Positions 43,850-56,633 of a DNA stretch of 64,000 nucleotides are shown here, piece by piece. The position numbers were made by a program, and so were the translations under genes. The notes beneath the pieces are model-generated. The model had not been told where the DNA came from. It saw only the letters and a program-made list of their open reading frames with translations, and made no database searches. The DNA comes from Octopus sinensis (taxonomy: Eukaryota), in the NCBI RefSeq assembly GCF_006345805.1, contig NW_021833079.1:62001-126000 (forward strand), read 5' to 3'. The first letter of the stretch is position 1. Every line of letters begins with the position of its first letter.

Positions 43850-45050
43850 AATAAGTGCTCTTCAGACTGCAAGCTTTCGTCAAGGTGCAGTTCTCTGTTT
43901 TTGCTGACTAAATTTCAAGAAAGGACAGGATCGGTGAGCATCAAACGAGATGCTTTCAAGAGTCTTCTTAAAAACAGTTGACTGAAAATAAGCTTGTAAA
44001 TAATTAAAAAATTGGATTTTTGATAGCTTTCTGCTTTCATTGGCAAGAGTTGAGATAGGTCGTTTTATATGCGTATCCAACTCTGTCAACTGTGTTTTAA
44101 TCGTCATTTCCAAACCTCTTTTAATTGGGAGTATAGAGTTTTTCAATAAATTATTTATTTTGTACTCCCTAACAGTGTCATTTTATTTGGCCTCCTATTT
44201 GTTGCATGCTCTTTTACTTTCTAGTATATTGTGAATAATCCAAAAACTTGAATAAGTAAATATTAATTATATAATCTTCTCCATCAGAAGTAGCGACTTC
44301 CTCTTTTCCTTTCGAGGTGCTGACAAACACTGGAGATGTTGTAATCACTCTTATTTGGTGATAAATCTCCTTTATTCTTCTTTTCAGTAAAGAGTCTTCC
44401 CTACGGTTTAACTTTGCTCCTATAAGAAGCAATCATCCTCTCAAGAGTTTTCTTTATAGTAAGTGATTGTATGTATGCATGTGTTCTCTCACTGATATAA
44501 AGCAAACGTAGATATTGTAAGCATTTCTGCATGAAGAATCGAAAAAACTTCTTTTGCAGACACCACTTCGGTGTTTTAAGTCCATAAGGAATCCAAGAAG
44601 CATAAGTTCACATAAAACAAAAATTGAGCTCAATCGTCTTCCAAAATTGTTACGGGAAAAGTATAATCTTTGTTTGTTGGCTGGTCGAAAGTGCATCTTG
44701 TATTCTATTAATTTTGCTCGGATTCTATCGTCCACCATTTCATATTCAAATGGCACAATATCAACTAGTCCAATGTAATATTTTTACAGTCAAAGAGGGT
44801 GTTCATTAATTGCTTTGACCAGATTCACTCCATTCAGTTTTGTATTTGCTAGCCTTTTAATTCCCGTGATTACTTCTTTGTATTTGCTAACCTTTTAAAT
44901 CGAGGATTATTTTCAGGATTTCCAGTTTAACTTTCAAGTACTCCCAGATACTTATATCAATCAATTTTGTCAAAAACTTTTACCTCCGTTGTTAACAATG
45001 CAGTGTTCACGGTTGATTTTTACAGATTTTTCTCCAGCCCAGCTGCACGG
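43850..45050 (-). mobile_element. R4-type relics (two pieces)
   Basis: 43850-44000 matches 17205-17320 at the nucleotide level; 44390-45050 encodes LNGVNLVKAINE and NKQRLYFSRNNFGR. Confidence 0.7.
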
Positions 45051-45187
45051 AAATAGCGATTCACCTTTTCCATCATTGGAACAGTAACATCCTCATTTTT
45101 GAGACGTTTAAGTCATCGATTAAGAGAAAATGATTAAATGAATGAATTTTTTATTAAAACGGAAAAGCCGAAAAAATAGAGAGAAAG

Positions 45188-46190
45188 TTAATGAGACAAC
45201 GTATGCCTGTTCTCCGTTGTTTCCCTCTTTTTTTTAATTCGAGAGGAAAAGGCTCTCTCAATAACACTTCCAACCGTTTCCGTCCCGTCTTCCATCTCTT
45301 GAGGGATGGGTTGGTCTAGCTGGAGTCCATTTGCCAATTTGATGGCATATCGTCTCGTCTTTTCGATCTTAGTGATAATGCCATCCCTCTCAGCAGTAGG
45401 GTACCATCCCTCGAACCGGTAGGTAAGCAATGGTTCGACGCATGTTTTATAAACATATAAAAACGTTTCCGGACAAAGCTGGAAGTGAATTATGCTTCTG
45501 AGAATTTGAGCGCATTTCCTTCTCCTTGAGTCGATGTATCTGAAGTAAGAGCCCTTGGATCCAACTTCAACCCCAAGGTATTTCAGGTTCTCCGTTGCTG
45601 TAAACCCATAGAGGTTTCTCGGGGGTTTTCGTTTAGCTCCCTGTTTTGCAATCCAAGTGGCGGTGCACTTTTCTTTTGCGAGCGTCAGTCCTTTTGAAAT
45701 GCACCACTCTTCGACTCTTGTCACGTATCCTTTTAATTTCCTCCACGAGATGTCTTTTCTCCACAAAGCATCCGTTATTAGTATGTCGTCCGCGTAGATC
45801 ATGAGACGACTGGTAGGATCTTTCAGTTTTGGAATATCAGCAACGTAAATATTAAAAAGCAGAGGGCTCAATACCGAGCCTTGAGGTACCACTCTTTTAA
45901 GATCGACAGATTCCGACAAACGGTTTCCGCTATGACCTCCTCATTGATAAATAGGTCTTCAGCCAATTGACCGTTCTAGACCCGGGTTTGATTTTGGCGA
46001 CACTTTCCAAGAGGCCCAGGTGCCATACGCTGTCAAAAGCTTTTGAGACATCGAGGCAGATAGCAATAGTCGCTGTATTGTTAGCAAGACTAAGCGAGAT
46101 GACTTTCTCGAGTTCTCCGAAACAATCACCACAGGATCTTTTTCGTCGGAATCCCCACTGCTCCGCTGCAAATGCTTTTTGTTGCAGCTA
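45188..46190 (-). pseudogene. LINE RT fragment (APE-clade-like)
   Basis: QWGFRRKRSC.DC, LDVSKAFDSVWH, VPQGSVLSPLLFNIYVAD, YADDIL, KYLGV. Confidence 0.85.
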
Positions 46191-46330
46191 CAATGATTCC
46201 CAGTTGAATGAATGAATGAGAAAATGATTTGTTGAGAACAACGGACTAACTTAAAATAATATTTACTTAACGATTGCTTATTTAATCAAAATGTAAATTT
46301 TAATCGGAATAAATCCACACCAATAATTAT

Positions 46331-46712
46331 TTAGCGATAGTTATAATTCGGGTGATTGATGACTCGTGTGTGCATGAAAAATGTAGTAATAAGCATTCCA
46401 ATCATAAAGAACCCGAGTATGACCGCAGTCGCAATTTTATAAGGAAGAAATTTGTCGTAAGTCTAACAGTACAAATAAGTAGAAAAACATAAACTGTCGA
46501 ATTTGATTGTTCACATTTCATAAAAACCAAAAATAATGTTACAATAAGAGATGATAAAAATAAAAGAAAAGATGTATTTCTATATTAGTTAAATATTGAA
46601 AACAACCTTTTTTTGTATTGTTGAAGTGTGCAGCTAATAGAGCAGTTAGAATTGTCAGACTCCAAACAACAACAATTATTTGTAGGCCTATTCCAATAAC
46701 CAATGGAAACAT
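46331..46712 (-). CDS. TMEM218: TMEM218-like ciliary transition-zone membrane protein (needs one extra A in an A7 run)
   Basis: MFPLVIGIGLQIIVVVW... / SSLIVTLFLVFMK / DKFLPYKIATAVILGFFMIGM, colinear with TMEM218's three hydrophobic segments; introns of 27 and 32 nt. Confidence 0.5.
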
Positions 46713-46985
46713 GATTTAAAGTGCCAGTTATTGAATCGCTGAATTATTAATAACTAATTTAAATATTCTGCTAGTTTATGTAAATTCAAATTAAATAAAA
46801 AATTGATGTTTCTAGTTTTTTTAAGATTAAAAAAAGAAAGATTTCTTAGAAGTACATTATCACTTTCTTTGCCAATATCTATACCATTTTCAGTTCAATT
46901 CTGACATTTTTATATCAATTTCCACAAAACAATATTCAAATTTGACAATGCAATATTTAATTTAATTATTCCGATATTCAATATA

Positions 46986-49529
46986 CACCCCTCGTCACCG
47001 AAAACCGGACAAGCTATTTTTGATGATTTTATTAATTAAATATGAAAAATCAAAAACTTACGCTTAAATCAAAAACTTACGCTAAAACGATCATCGAGAA
47101 CGGACATGGCTTTTCCAACGCATATCAATAGCCATCTTGCGTGGGAATTGCCATTCCATCTTGTCCTCCTAAACATTTTGACTTTAATTTAAACACTTGT
47201 GTTTCAAAAAAAATATCTTTACTTAATAATATTAATTATGTTATTATAGAACTTATATTTAAAGCAGAATTTCAATTTATTTATGAGATGTAAAACCGGA
47301 CAAAAATAAAAACAAGTCATTTAGTAGTTAATATGCCCACCATTTGCACTGAAAATTTTGTAACATCTATTTTTCATAGACATTGCTAGTTTTTCAATAA
47401 TTCTGGTGATATATTATGTCGCGAGCGCGAGCCGCACATATCGACTTTTTTAAAGCTATTAAATGGAACAAAAAATATCAAATAACGTTAGTACCATTGA
47501 GATAATATTCCAATATATATATATATAAAATCTATCTATATAATTTATACGGCGTACCAGAATCATACAACATTTTAATACCGTTGCACGCTTAGTTTCG
47601 TTTTGTTGTAACAATGTCACAATCGAACCAAAGATGCTTTATTCAAGATCAATTTGAATATCAGGAATTAAAGAAAGTCCTGTCTGGGAGATTCCACAGA
47701 CAGATGACAGATTCCGGAGACGAAGGCTTATTAAGAAAGCCGAATCTTTTGTGTTTATTCAGGGACACCTTTATCTGAAAGATGGAAACATTAACAAATT
47801 AGTGATTTCGTTGGACGATACTAAACAAATTGGACGATTATATGATTTTTTTGTTGGCTAAAAATTTTTTTGTATTTAAAAAAATAAAAACATGTCTAAT
47901 TATTTTTTGTCTAACTATTCGGTGATTAGATAACTATTGGATTTATAAGACGTCAGCCATATACTCATACATGTCAAGCTATTTTAACGATTTTCCGAAA
48001 TTTTCTATCATTTAAAATATTTATCAAATTATCAGAATTTCCATTAAATTTATTTGGCAGTGTATTTTTTTTAATTTATAAAATTTAAAGAAAACTTTAT
48101 AAAACAAGTTTTTACATATTTTAGTGTGACATAAATATTTTGTTACCTTTCCAAATCTTTCGGACTCCAGCGCCCGTAAAAATCAGCGCTTCGATGGCTT
48201 TTTTTCTTTTTGAAAAAAAACTAAGTCCATTTTAAATATAATTAAATGTGCGCGTCGCGCTCGCGTGCTCGCTGCGCTCGCGACATATTATTCTATATTT
48301 CTGTTAATTTGTCCTTTAGTTCATTTTTGTTTTTGACTACATTTTTTGATAATTCTCTCTTCATTTCTGCCCATAGATGTTCTATGGGCGTTTAAATCCG
48401 GTGACTGAGCCAGCCATTGAAGTAAAATAATGTTTTTTTAATATAATCTTGTACTATTTTAGATTTATGGCAAAGTGCATTATTCTGTTATAAAATTAAT
48501 TAGTCTATCCCGAATTTTTTGGCACATTCAAATATATTATTGGATAAAATATTAGTATATTTTGCGCTATTTAGGATTCCATTAATAAAAACAAGATTAC
48601 AGACTACTTTATATGAGAAACTGCTTCAGACCATTACTTTTCCACCAACGAATTTTACAGTTGGGATAATATTGCATTTTTTGTATGCAGAACCATTTTC
48701 TCTATACACTATTTGATGCTTATTGGTATTAAAAATATCAAAAGACCATTCATCAATAAAAATTACCGACTTCCATGTCTCGTCGGAAATGCTTAAAAAT
48801 GATTTCGTAATTTTACGTCTTAAAATTATGTTTTTTGTGGATAAAAGAGGTTTTCTTTTAGCAGCTCGGACATATAATCCTTTCTTATTTAAATTTCGAA
48901 ATACTATTCTTGTTGAAATTTTTTTTGAACATAGTTTTAATTTTGATAGTAAGAGTTTTGCACTTTTATTAGAAGTATTATTTGATAGTTCTACTAAAAT
49001 CAAAATTTCTTCCTCTGTCGATATTTTTTTTTCAGTTCCCGGATGTCTGTTAATTGATCCAGTTTTTTTGAATTTCTGAATCACATCTGATACAGTTGAT
49101 TTTGAGACTCCTATACTTGCAGGAATCATTCGATAAGTCACATTATGATTATAAAATGCAATAATTTGTCCTTTCAGGAAATCTAAAAGGTGACTTCTTC
49201 TTTAACTATACATTTTTAGCTTCTTTTCAACGACTTTTAGATCTATAAAAGTTTTGTCCGGTTTTACATGTCATAATTTTTTTTTTTAAATTTCAAATCA
49301 ATGTTAAAACAAATTAATCAGAAATTAATCGGCCAGCAAGCCGGATGGAACAGCTGTTCCCATAATTAAATTGAAATTCTGCTTTAAATATTAGTTCTAT
49401 AATAGCATAATTAATAATTAATATACAATTATTATTAAGTAAAAATATTAAGCATAAGTTTTTGATTTTTCGTATTTAATTAATAAAATCATAAAAAATG
49501 GCTTGTCCGGTTTTCGGTGACGAGGGGTG
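46986..49529 (-). mobile_element. Tc1 element (IR/DR type), decayed, interrupted by a Ginger-like insert
   Basis: ~80-bp TIR CACCCCTCGTCACCGAAAACCGGACAAG.. flanked by TA; inner AAAACCGGACAA repeats at 47281-47305 and 49251-49276; transposase ORF 48626-49141 (RKPLLS, IFIDE, TVKF.GGKVMV) continues to ANGGHINY* near 47330. Confidence 0.92.
47417..48285 (+). mobile_element. Non-autonomous Ginger-like element, 869 bp
   Basis: 12-bp TIR TGTCGCGAGCGC and 5-bp TSD TATTA (47412-47416 / 48286-48290). Truncated ORF from 47614 (RRRRLIKKAESFVFIQGHLYL) resembles the N-terminus of the 24997 ORF. Excision restores Tc1 NNISPELL. Confidence 0.85.
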
Positions 49530-49659
49530 TAGATAATGTTTTGAATTTAAAAAAGTTGACAATTGGAGTCAACAACTTTTAATTCAGTTTTAATTTAATT
49601 CTTTTAACGGCGTAATCTTAAAGCTAGTATCCTCCACAAACTAGCGAGTAATCTTTAGA

Positions 49660-50165
49660 CCATTTCCGTTCGGGAAAATTTCAGTGAATAATGTCAGAGA
49701 GATAACGAGAAGCCGAGCGAGGAGATAGGAATGCCGGAAAGCCCAGATCGGAATAGGAGCTCATGCCAAGGCCGCTTCAGCGCATCGATAGAGATGCCTA
49801 GCCGGGATCGTCGAAAGTCAGATCAGATTGCAAAGTGAGCTTGTACCGAGCCCAAGGATATGGTTAAAGTTTGACAGAAGGTCACCCCTTTGAAAACAGG
49901 GTGCATATCTTAACGTGTAAAGGATCTTGGGGGCGGAAAAATAGTTTCGAAAAGGAAAAAAGCCACATGAGGCTCGATGTCTTTAGATAGATTTGAGATT
50001 TTTTCAGACAGTGACCCGTGAAGAATGGAAGACCCATGGGAGCACCAGAATCGTCAGATTCGTTTTGGCTGTAATTTAAACGTCGGAAAGAATACTTCGG
50101 CATATGGAAGTTGCGAGTGCGAACAGAGTTGGATTTAGATGAATGCTCACAATTTCGGATTTTTT
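49660..50165 (-). pseudogene. Old CRE-A fragment
   Basis: Diverged nucleotide match to 26760-27270. Confidence 0.75.
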
Positions 50166-50229
50166 AAATTTTTTTACATTAACAATAATTTTTGACCTGT
50201 GAAATATTTGATTTAGATAGTCGTACTAT

Positions 50230-52330
50230 TTGGAGTTATTCGTTTGTTAAAAACTTCACTGGGGATCTCTTACCTTCCGGTCTTAGCGTGGCGTTATGGG
50301 GTCCACCATGTCAGTTGGAAAATTCCAATCGGATATGGCAACGCTCAGGAGGCACTTAATGCCTACCGAAGAAGGACTTCTAGCTCTCAGACCCTGGGAC
50401 ATCGTCGTCTCAGGTCGATCATGCGGACAGGATCGAACCTTTCAGAAGGATCTCCCTCGTTTGGATCGGCGATCACGGGAATAACTATAATTAACTGGCT
50501 TTGCCCGTGTTTGGTCTTTAATAAAAATAAATAAAAAAACTTCACGATACGCTCGACTAGCCTCCGAATAGCAAGCCATTTCCTCACAGCGCGATCGACA
50601 AAGGTTCCAAGAGTTAAAATGACTTTCTTAAGTCGTGTCTTATCATTTATATATCCGTCGACCGAGCAAACAAAACGAAAAACAGAATGTTGATCAGCAA
50701 GCGCTATAACAACTAAATTTACAAATGCTGGAAAAATCAATAAAACGATATCAGTCTTAATACTAATGCAGGAAAAAACGCTTCTGACGGTCATGAACGT
50801 ATATGACCAACAATGGATATAGCAATAAAATGTCCTGAAGAAGTCGAAAATTTTTACTAGAATCTTGACATGGCTATAGGCGATATGCATGCTCCTCCTC
50901 TCATTTTCCTTTGCAGATACGGGAATGAAAAAGTGGGAACACGTCCTAAGGATGAAAATTTTATCGGAGTTCATAGTAGAGGAACAAGCAACTCAAATGG
51001 CGCAGGTTTGGCAAATTTCTGCAGTGCATTGGACCTTTGTTGTGGAGCACGGCATTTACCCCCAACAAGACACATGACAAGGTGCGTGGGATAAATACAT
51101 AACGAATGTGGAGATTGTACCTATTTGCAATCAAATTAATTACATCATTTGTAAGCGTAATCTCAAATGCATATTGATGGACTCAAATTTCACGAAGTAA
51201 TACTTCTATCGAGTGGGCATAAAGCAGTTTTCACTTGATTTAAATTTCATTTAAGTTAGAATTTGATCAAAAACAGTAGAAACACTCCTCTGGAAATCTA
51301 ACCGTGCCAAACTGACATGCAAAGGATTCTACGCACAATAGATTTAATAAGAGTCGATAAATTTGTCTTAAAATTAAATTTAAATATAAACCTGATGATC
51401 TCTGGACTTGATTATCAGACAGAATTAAAAACATGCTTGGTCGTTGCTAAAGAGTGTTTCAAGAAAACCGAAAACTGCCTATCTATATTACAAAAATTGG
51501 CATTCTATCATGAAACAGAAAAAGCTTAGATTTCGTATAGAGAATATAAAGCATGCAAATATCAAAACAGAACTAAAATATAAGAGGAACTCCATTCTAC
51601 GGGATATAAAGAGTAGAATACGCCTGCTTCATCAAAGATCACTTGAAGAGTATGGCGAAAAAGTTGAACAGCTCAATTATGGCCCAAAAATGTTCCGAGA
51701 TATTTGATTGCTAAACAGAACGAACAGGCCTAAGTAGTTAATTCCACACAATGACTATGAAAGAAAAATGTTTGATAAAAAAGAGATGGCCGGAAAAATT
51801 GTTGTCTACTTTGAATCCCTTTTCAAAAATGACATTGAGCATATATCTAAGTTTTTTTTTGAGATCATAAATGTCTAACTGTTCCAATTACTATCACAAA
51901 GATGCAAGTTTCTCTACGGAAATTGAATAATGGTACGAGTTTGGGTATTGATGTAATTAATGGAGAACTTTTAGAATATTCGCCAAGCTTACTCGCTCAT
52001 CAGTTATGCGACATACTAAACGGCATATTCACGGCATATACCAACGTTTCACATGGACAAGGAGTCCAAAGGGACAGAAACCAGGGAAATCGGTTGGACC
52101 ATTAAAAAAATCTCAGACTTATAATTCTCTTATATCTTTACGATAACTATTTTCGTTAATTGTTCTTCACAGAATCTCTATTATCGTAGACAAATTCTTG
52201 TCTGTGGGACAAAGTGGGTTCAGTAGGAGAGACAAGACTGTAATCTACTCGTAGTGTTTTCTGCAAACCAATCATTTCAATTGGTTACTGATAGGAGTCA
52301 CCATTTATACACTTAGTATAGTTGTCAAAA
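50230..52330 (+). pseudogene. RTE-clade LINE 5' relic (APE endonuclease + RT start)
   Basis: TVMNVY.PT..EEVENFY..L, KVG..FIGVHSRG..NSNG..L.NFC, KLNNGTSLGID.INGELL, GQSGFS.RD. Confidence 0.65.
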
Positions 52331-53320
52331 ATAGCATTACGTGTCTACGACAACGCTAGTTCATTTTTCACGATTTGGGCCTTCCCTCTGTCCCCTGCAA
52401 CTAGAATTTAACAATTAGTAGACGAGTGCTGTTTGGGAACCCGAAAATATATCCTCTGTTTTTTGACTAAACATCGGTCATAAACTGGAGTAAAACAGTA
52501 CATTTCTCTCGGTGCCTTGCTTTTCGACCTGGCAATTGACTAATCATTTTTGGACTGTCCTTCTGGGTTTTAAGCATTTTGGCAAAACTTTGTTTTTAAA
52601 GATGACGAATTTTGCAGACTGGTTTTTAGGACTCATTCAAACCTTTTGCTAACTACAGACAAATTAAAGAAATTAACTGGCACGAAATCTTGGCTTCAGA
52701 ACTATTTAAGATTTTGAAACTCTTGCTTAACATGTACAGTGTGGCCTACCTCCACTGCACATGAAAACAACGGTACCTCGCTAAACGCATTCCAAGCAGC
52801 ATGAACGGCGACTCTACTCGAAAACAATTCATTCAGAACTGGTTTTTTTCTCCGACTCGAATTTCATCAATACACAGTTTATAACTGCCGCTGCATAACC
52901 ATAAAAGACGTGGAAAGACTACTTTTTCTCTTAAGTTTCTCTCCATACTTTACCGTCCAGATTGCTGGCATACCCTCTATCTCTGAACAAGCAGGTCTAG
53001 ACCTTGGCAAAGAAGCAAAACCAAACAAAATGACTATATTTCCTTTTCGAGCAGGCCTTTCATTCTTGTAAGAGACAACGTGCACACGTTCTCATCTTCA
53101 AATATCATCCCATAGGAAGAACGACCAGGGCACATTCCGAATAACGCTGAGCTTGCCACAAAAATAAGTACAAAATTCTCTCGGATCATCACTGTTTTAC
53201 GCCTGTAACATTTGATACATGCCGGTAGCATTCGAATTCTTACGGGTATGATCACTGAACTCGAGAGGAGGATTGTTTTACGTAGTAATGAGAAACGCGG
53301 GTCATCAAGACATTCAAACC

Positions 53321-53391
53321 TATAATCACCCTGAGTCAAGACCGCTAATTTTTTTAGATTATAATCACTCTGAGTCAAGACCGCTAATTTT
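53321..53391 (+). repeat. Tandem duplication, 39-bp period x2
   Basis: TATAATCAC(C/T)CTGAGTCAAGACCGCTAATTTT at 53321 and 53360. Confidence 0.9.
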
Positions 53392-53430
53392 CTATTTCGA
53401 AAAAACGAAATAGGGATTTTAGATTCAATA

Positions 53431-53569
53431 GTTTTTTTAACCGAAACGGTCCTTTCCATAATAAATAAACCAATTACAAAATAATTTTTTACAAGAAAAG
53501 TTTTTTTTAACTGAAACGGTCCTTTCCACAATAAATAAACCAATTACAAAATAATTTTTTACAAGAAAA
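53431..53569 (+). repeat. Tandem duplication, ~69-bp period x2
   Basis: GTTTTTTTAAC(C/T)GAAACGGTCCTTTCCA(T/C)AATAAATAAACC...ACAAGAAAA at 53431 and 53500. Confidence 0.9.
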
Positions 53570-53576
53570 ATATCAA

Positions 53577-56041
53577 TCAATATAAAATAGGCGCAGAAAT
53601 ATCATCTAAAATGAAAAAAATAACATTTCTCACCACCAGCCTCATTTATAATAGAAACAATCAGTTTCTTTGCTACGCGACGTAATCGTTGTAATTCAAC
53701 TGAAAACATAGCCAGAGCAGTAGAACAGGCCACAGCCGTATCAAATGTTAATTTAAGCTAAAATAAGCAATAGAAACCAACTTGTTGAGTAAACTTAGAG
53801 TTAACCAACAATGTCCTTGTATCTGGAAGTGCTCTTTTAACATCCAGATCCTACATAAATAAATCACCCAATCCACACCATAATAAAAAGTGATTTAACC
53901 ACTATAAACTGATCGGTAATCTCAGTTGGTTTAAGAATAAGTATGTGTTTGTCCTTTACAGTGTAAAGAACTTGTTCATAGTGATCAAAGACATCTTGGC
54001 TCATCTCAACAACAACAAGCCGAGCAACACCTTACAGGTGCAAAAATATTACTAACCACGCTGTATTCGATGACTTTCAAAATATTTTGGATTTTCTGAA
54101 GTTACTTTTCCAGTAACAATTCCCAAATGGAGACAAAAGTTTCTCACCATTAAAAAACGACGAGAAAACTGTCAAAATATTTTTTAACTGTAAACCAAAT
54201 CAACCAAGTCCTCTTCAGAAAAGGAATGCCCACTGCTGTCGTCATCAAAATCACCCTCTTTGAGTGGCGCGTCATATGAACAAATATGAAAATCAACGGC
54301 CTCAAATATCTGAATATTAAAACAAACCTCATAGTGAAAGAAATGTCGATAAAAAACAATCCATGACAGTTTATATGTCTAAAGTCATTATAACTGTAAT
54401 TACTCGATTAATTCTATCCAATTCTGAGCAGAAAAGTCTGTATAGTTTGTATAGACTGTTGTAACCAGAAAATGAACAAAGCAACAACAAATATATCCGC
54501 AAAGAAAAAGTTTTGCAAACACTTTCTACCATAATAGTAAATATAAAGCAAAAACCAAGATATGCTGACTCCTCTAATATATTTGTGACTACGTGGGAAA
54601 GATTTTCTCGAATATTAAAAGTGTCTTCCACCAGGACAAAAGTCTCCCGGCAGATAAAGAGAATTATATTTCCAGCCAAGCATGAGAACAGATTCGAGCT
54701 ACTTGCAAGATGAACAATCACTGATTCCATAAACACTCTCTGTCCTAAAAACTCGGCGTGTGAAGGATTTTCTTTATTTATTTGTGAATATATCCACCTG
54801 TCAATTGGTAACTAAACTTATTTGCAATTTCTTACCTCGTTAAAGACTTGCAAATTTTCAAAAACAAGGGCATGAGCTAAATTTTCCCGCCACTCGCTTG
54901 ACTCAACGTAAGTAAAAGTCTGGATTATTAAGAATAAAGGTATGGACCAACGAGAATTAGAAGAATCAAAGCACAACTCGGAGTCACAAATGGTTGGTTC
55001 TTATAAGACATGACTAGAAATATACTTTCGAGTGAAAATAATCGTATTCCACAACCAACGAGTATAAAATAAGTGGAATATAAACCCGTTCTCTGAAATA
55101 AGCACGGAAAAGTGTCGATATTTCAACACATGTTAACAAAATAATATCTTCGATATAGCATAGCTGATCTATATAGGACGAAAATAACGTGCAATTATTC
55201 TTTCTGTCCTGTTCCAGGTGAAAAGACTCAGATAGAATTGTATTTTTAATAAAACGGGTAAACCCTCCAAGATAGGTGAGGAGATGTGAATCACAAAGTA
55301 GCTTAACTATGATTGGATCAGAGACTAAAATAAAGTCAAAAATCAACCTCTGAAAATATTTAGAAGCACATGCCGAATTACGGCCTGAACCATTGTATCA
55401 GGGTGATTAAAAAACTTGACCGATTCTGTAAATAAGGGAAATTCATTAGAAATCTTAAATATGGATAATATGTCACCTCGTTGTAAAAGAATCCGGCGGT
55501 GTCATTAGAAAAATGTAATGAAAGTACTTTTAAGAAGGATATATAATGATTAATAGCCTAAAGAATATTTGTATCAAAAATATAATTATTACCTCCTCCT
55601 CGCGAAAGTCAAAATTATAGCTGATAAGATAATTAATTGTGTTGTTTGAGAGAAGTAAATCTAAATAATCAGATTTAATTACAGAGGATTTGTTTGTTTG
55701 TAAGACTTTCAAATATAATGCAAAGATTCTGAAGCAAGCAGAGGGCAATCTCAGGATTATCAACAAGAATGTCTTTCATTATCGTAATAATGTTCATCTG
55801 CATAAATTGGCTGCATATGTTAAAGGATATTTAAAATCACTTTGATATTCCTTCTGACTGATTAGTTCCCCAAAGGAATATGCGGGTTACTTCATAAATT
55901 GTATTCGATATTGCTGTGCTGTCTGCGAGTTTGCCACATGAGAGCAATTCCATAAGTTCGCTGATCGTCAAAAAATAAATAATACAAAAATCTTTCTACA
56001 GAGGTAGTTTGCTTAGGCCTCCTCAGAAAACTGGGAATCAT
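53577..56041 (-). CDS. CLEC16A: CLEC16A/TT9 (FPL domain) endolysosomal protein
   Basis: TIYEVTRIFLWGTNQ, LLSNNTINYLISYNFDFREEEV, FFYNE, FPLFTESVKFFNHPDTMV, YIDQLCYIEDII, C-terminal DTRTL..LTFD..C; last exon boundary uncertain (53577 or 53602). Confidence 0.85.
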
Positions 56042-56633
56042 CGTAGCTGCAACAAAAAGCAAAAAATATAATTTTAAATCAAAATATTAAAAATAAAAAA
56101 ATAATCAAGCAATATTACATTTCAATCAAGCGACAAAAGTATTTGAATTTATGAAAAATAAATACGTTCAGAGGAAAGATATTCAAAAACACAATCTACC
56201 TTTAGAATTTACAAATAAAACTTAAGATAATTTGGGGATTGAGCTTATTGGTTTATTCTGAAAAAGGATTTAGAACGTAACCCTAGATTTTATAGAACTC
56301 GTCGAGGACAAGTTCATATTTGTCTGATAAGTACCAAACCATATGTCACTGCGGCAATCACTGAAGAATTGTTATATTAAAGATATGGGGAAAGGTTAAT
56401 GGCTCCAAATCGATTTTTTTCTGTTTTCACATCTCATAACTTAGTCTAAACAAGCAATTAAAAAATCATTTATAGCATATTGAGCTGAAATGCGCTTATT
56501 TAATATTAAATGGAAAAAATACGACTTCATCTCAATGTTTCACTCATTTGGACATGTAGAAAAAAATAAATTGAGGGCACAAAAACAAAGTCATAATGTT
56601 ATTAGAAAAAAATAGAGTCAAAAATAATTAAAG

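Noticed and set aside
52330-53320. Cys-containing LINE ORF1 or host gene on the minus strand (incl. ORF 53034-53543)
   Set aside because: Multiple stops, no consistent splice pattern, and the ORF runs through the tandem duplications.
53321-53569. CRISPR-like repeat-spacer array
   Set aside because: Only two adjacent copies per unit, no spacers, eukaryotic context.
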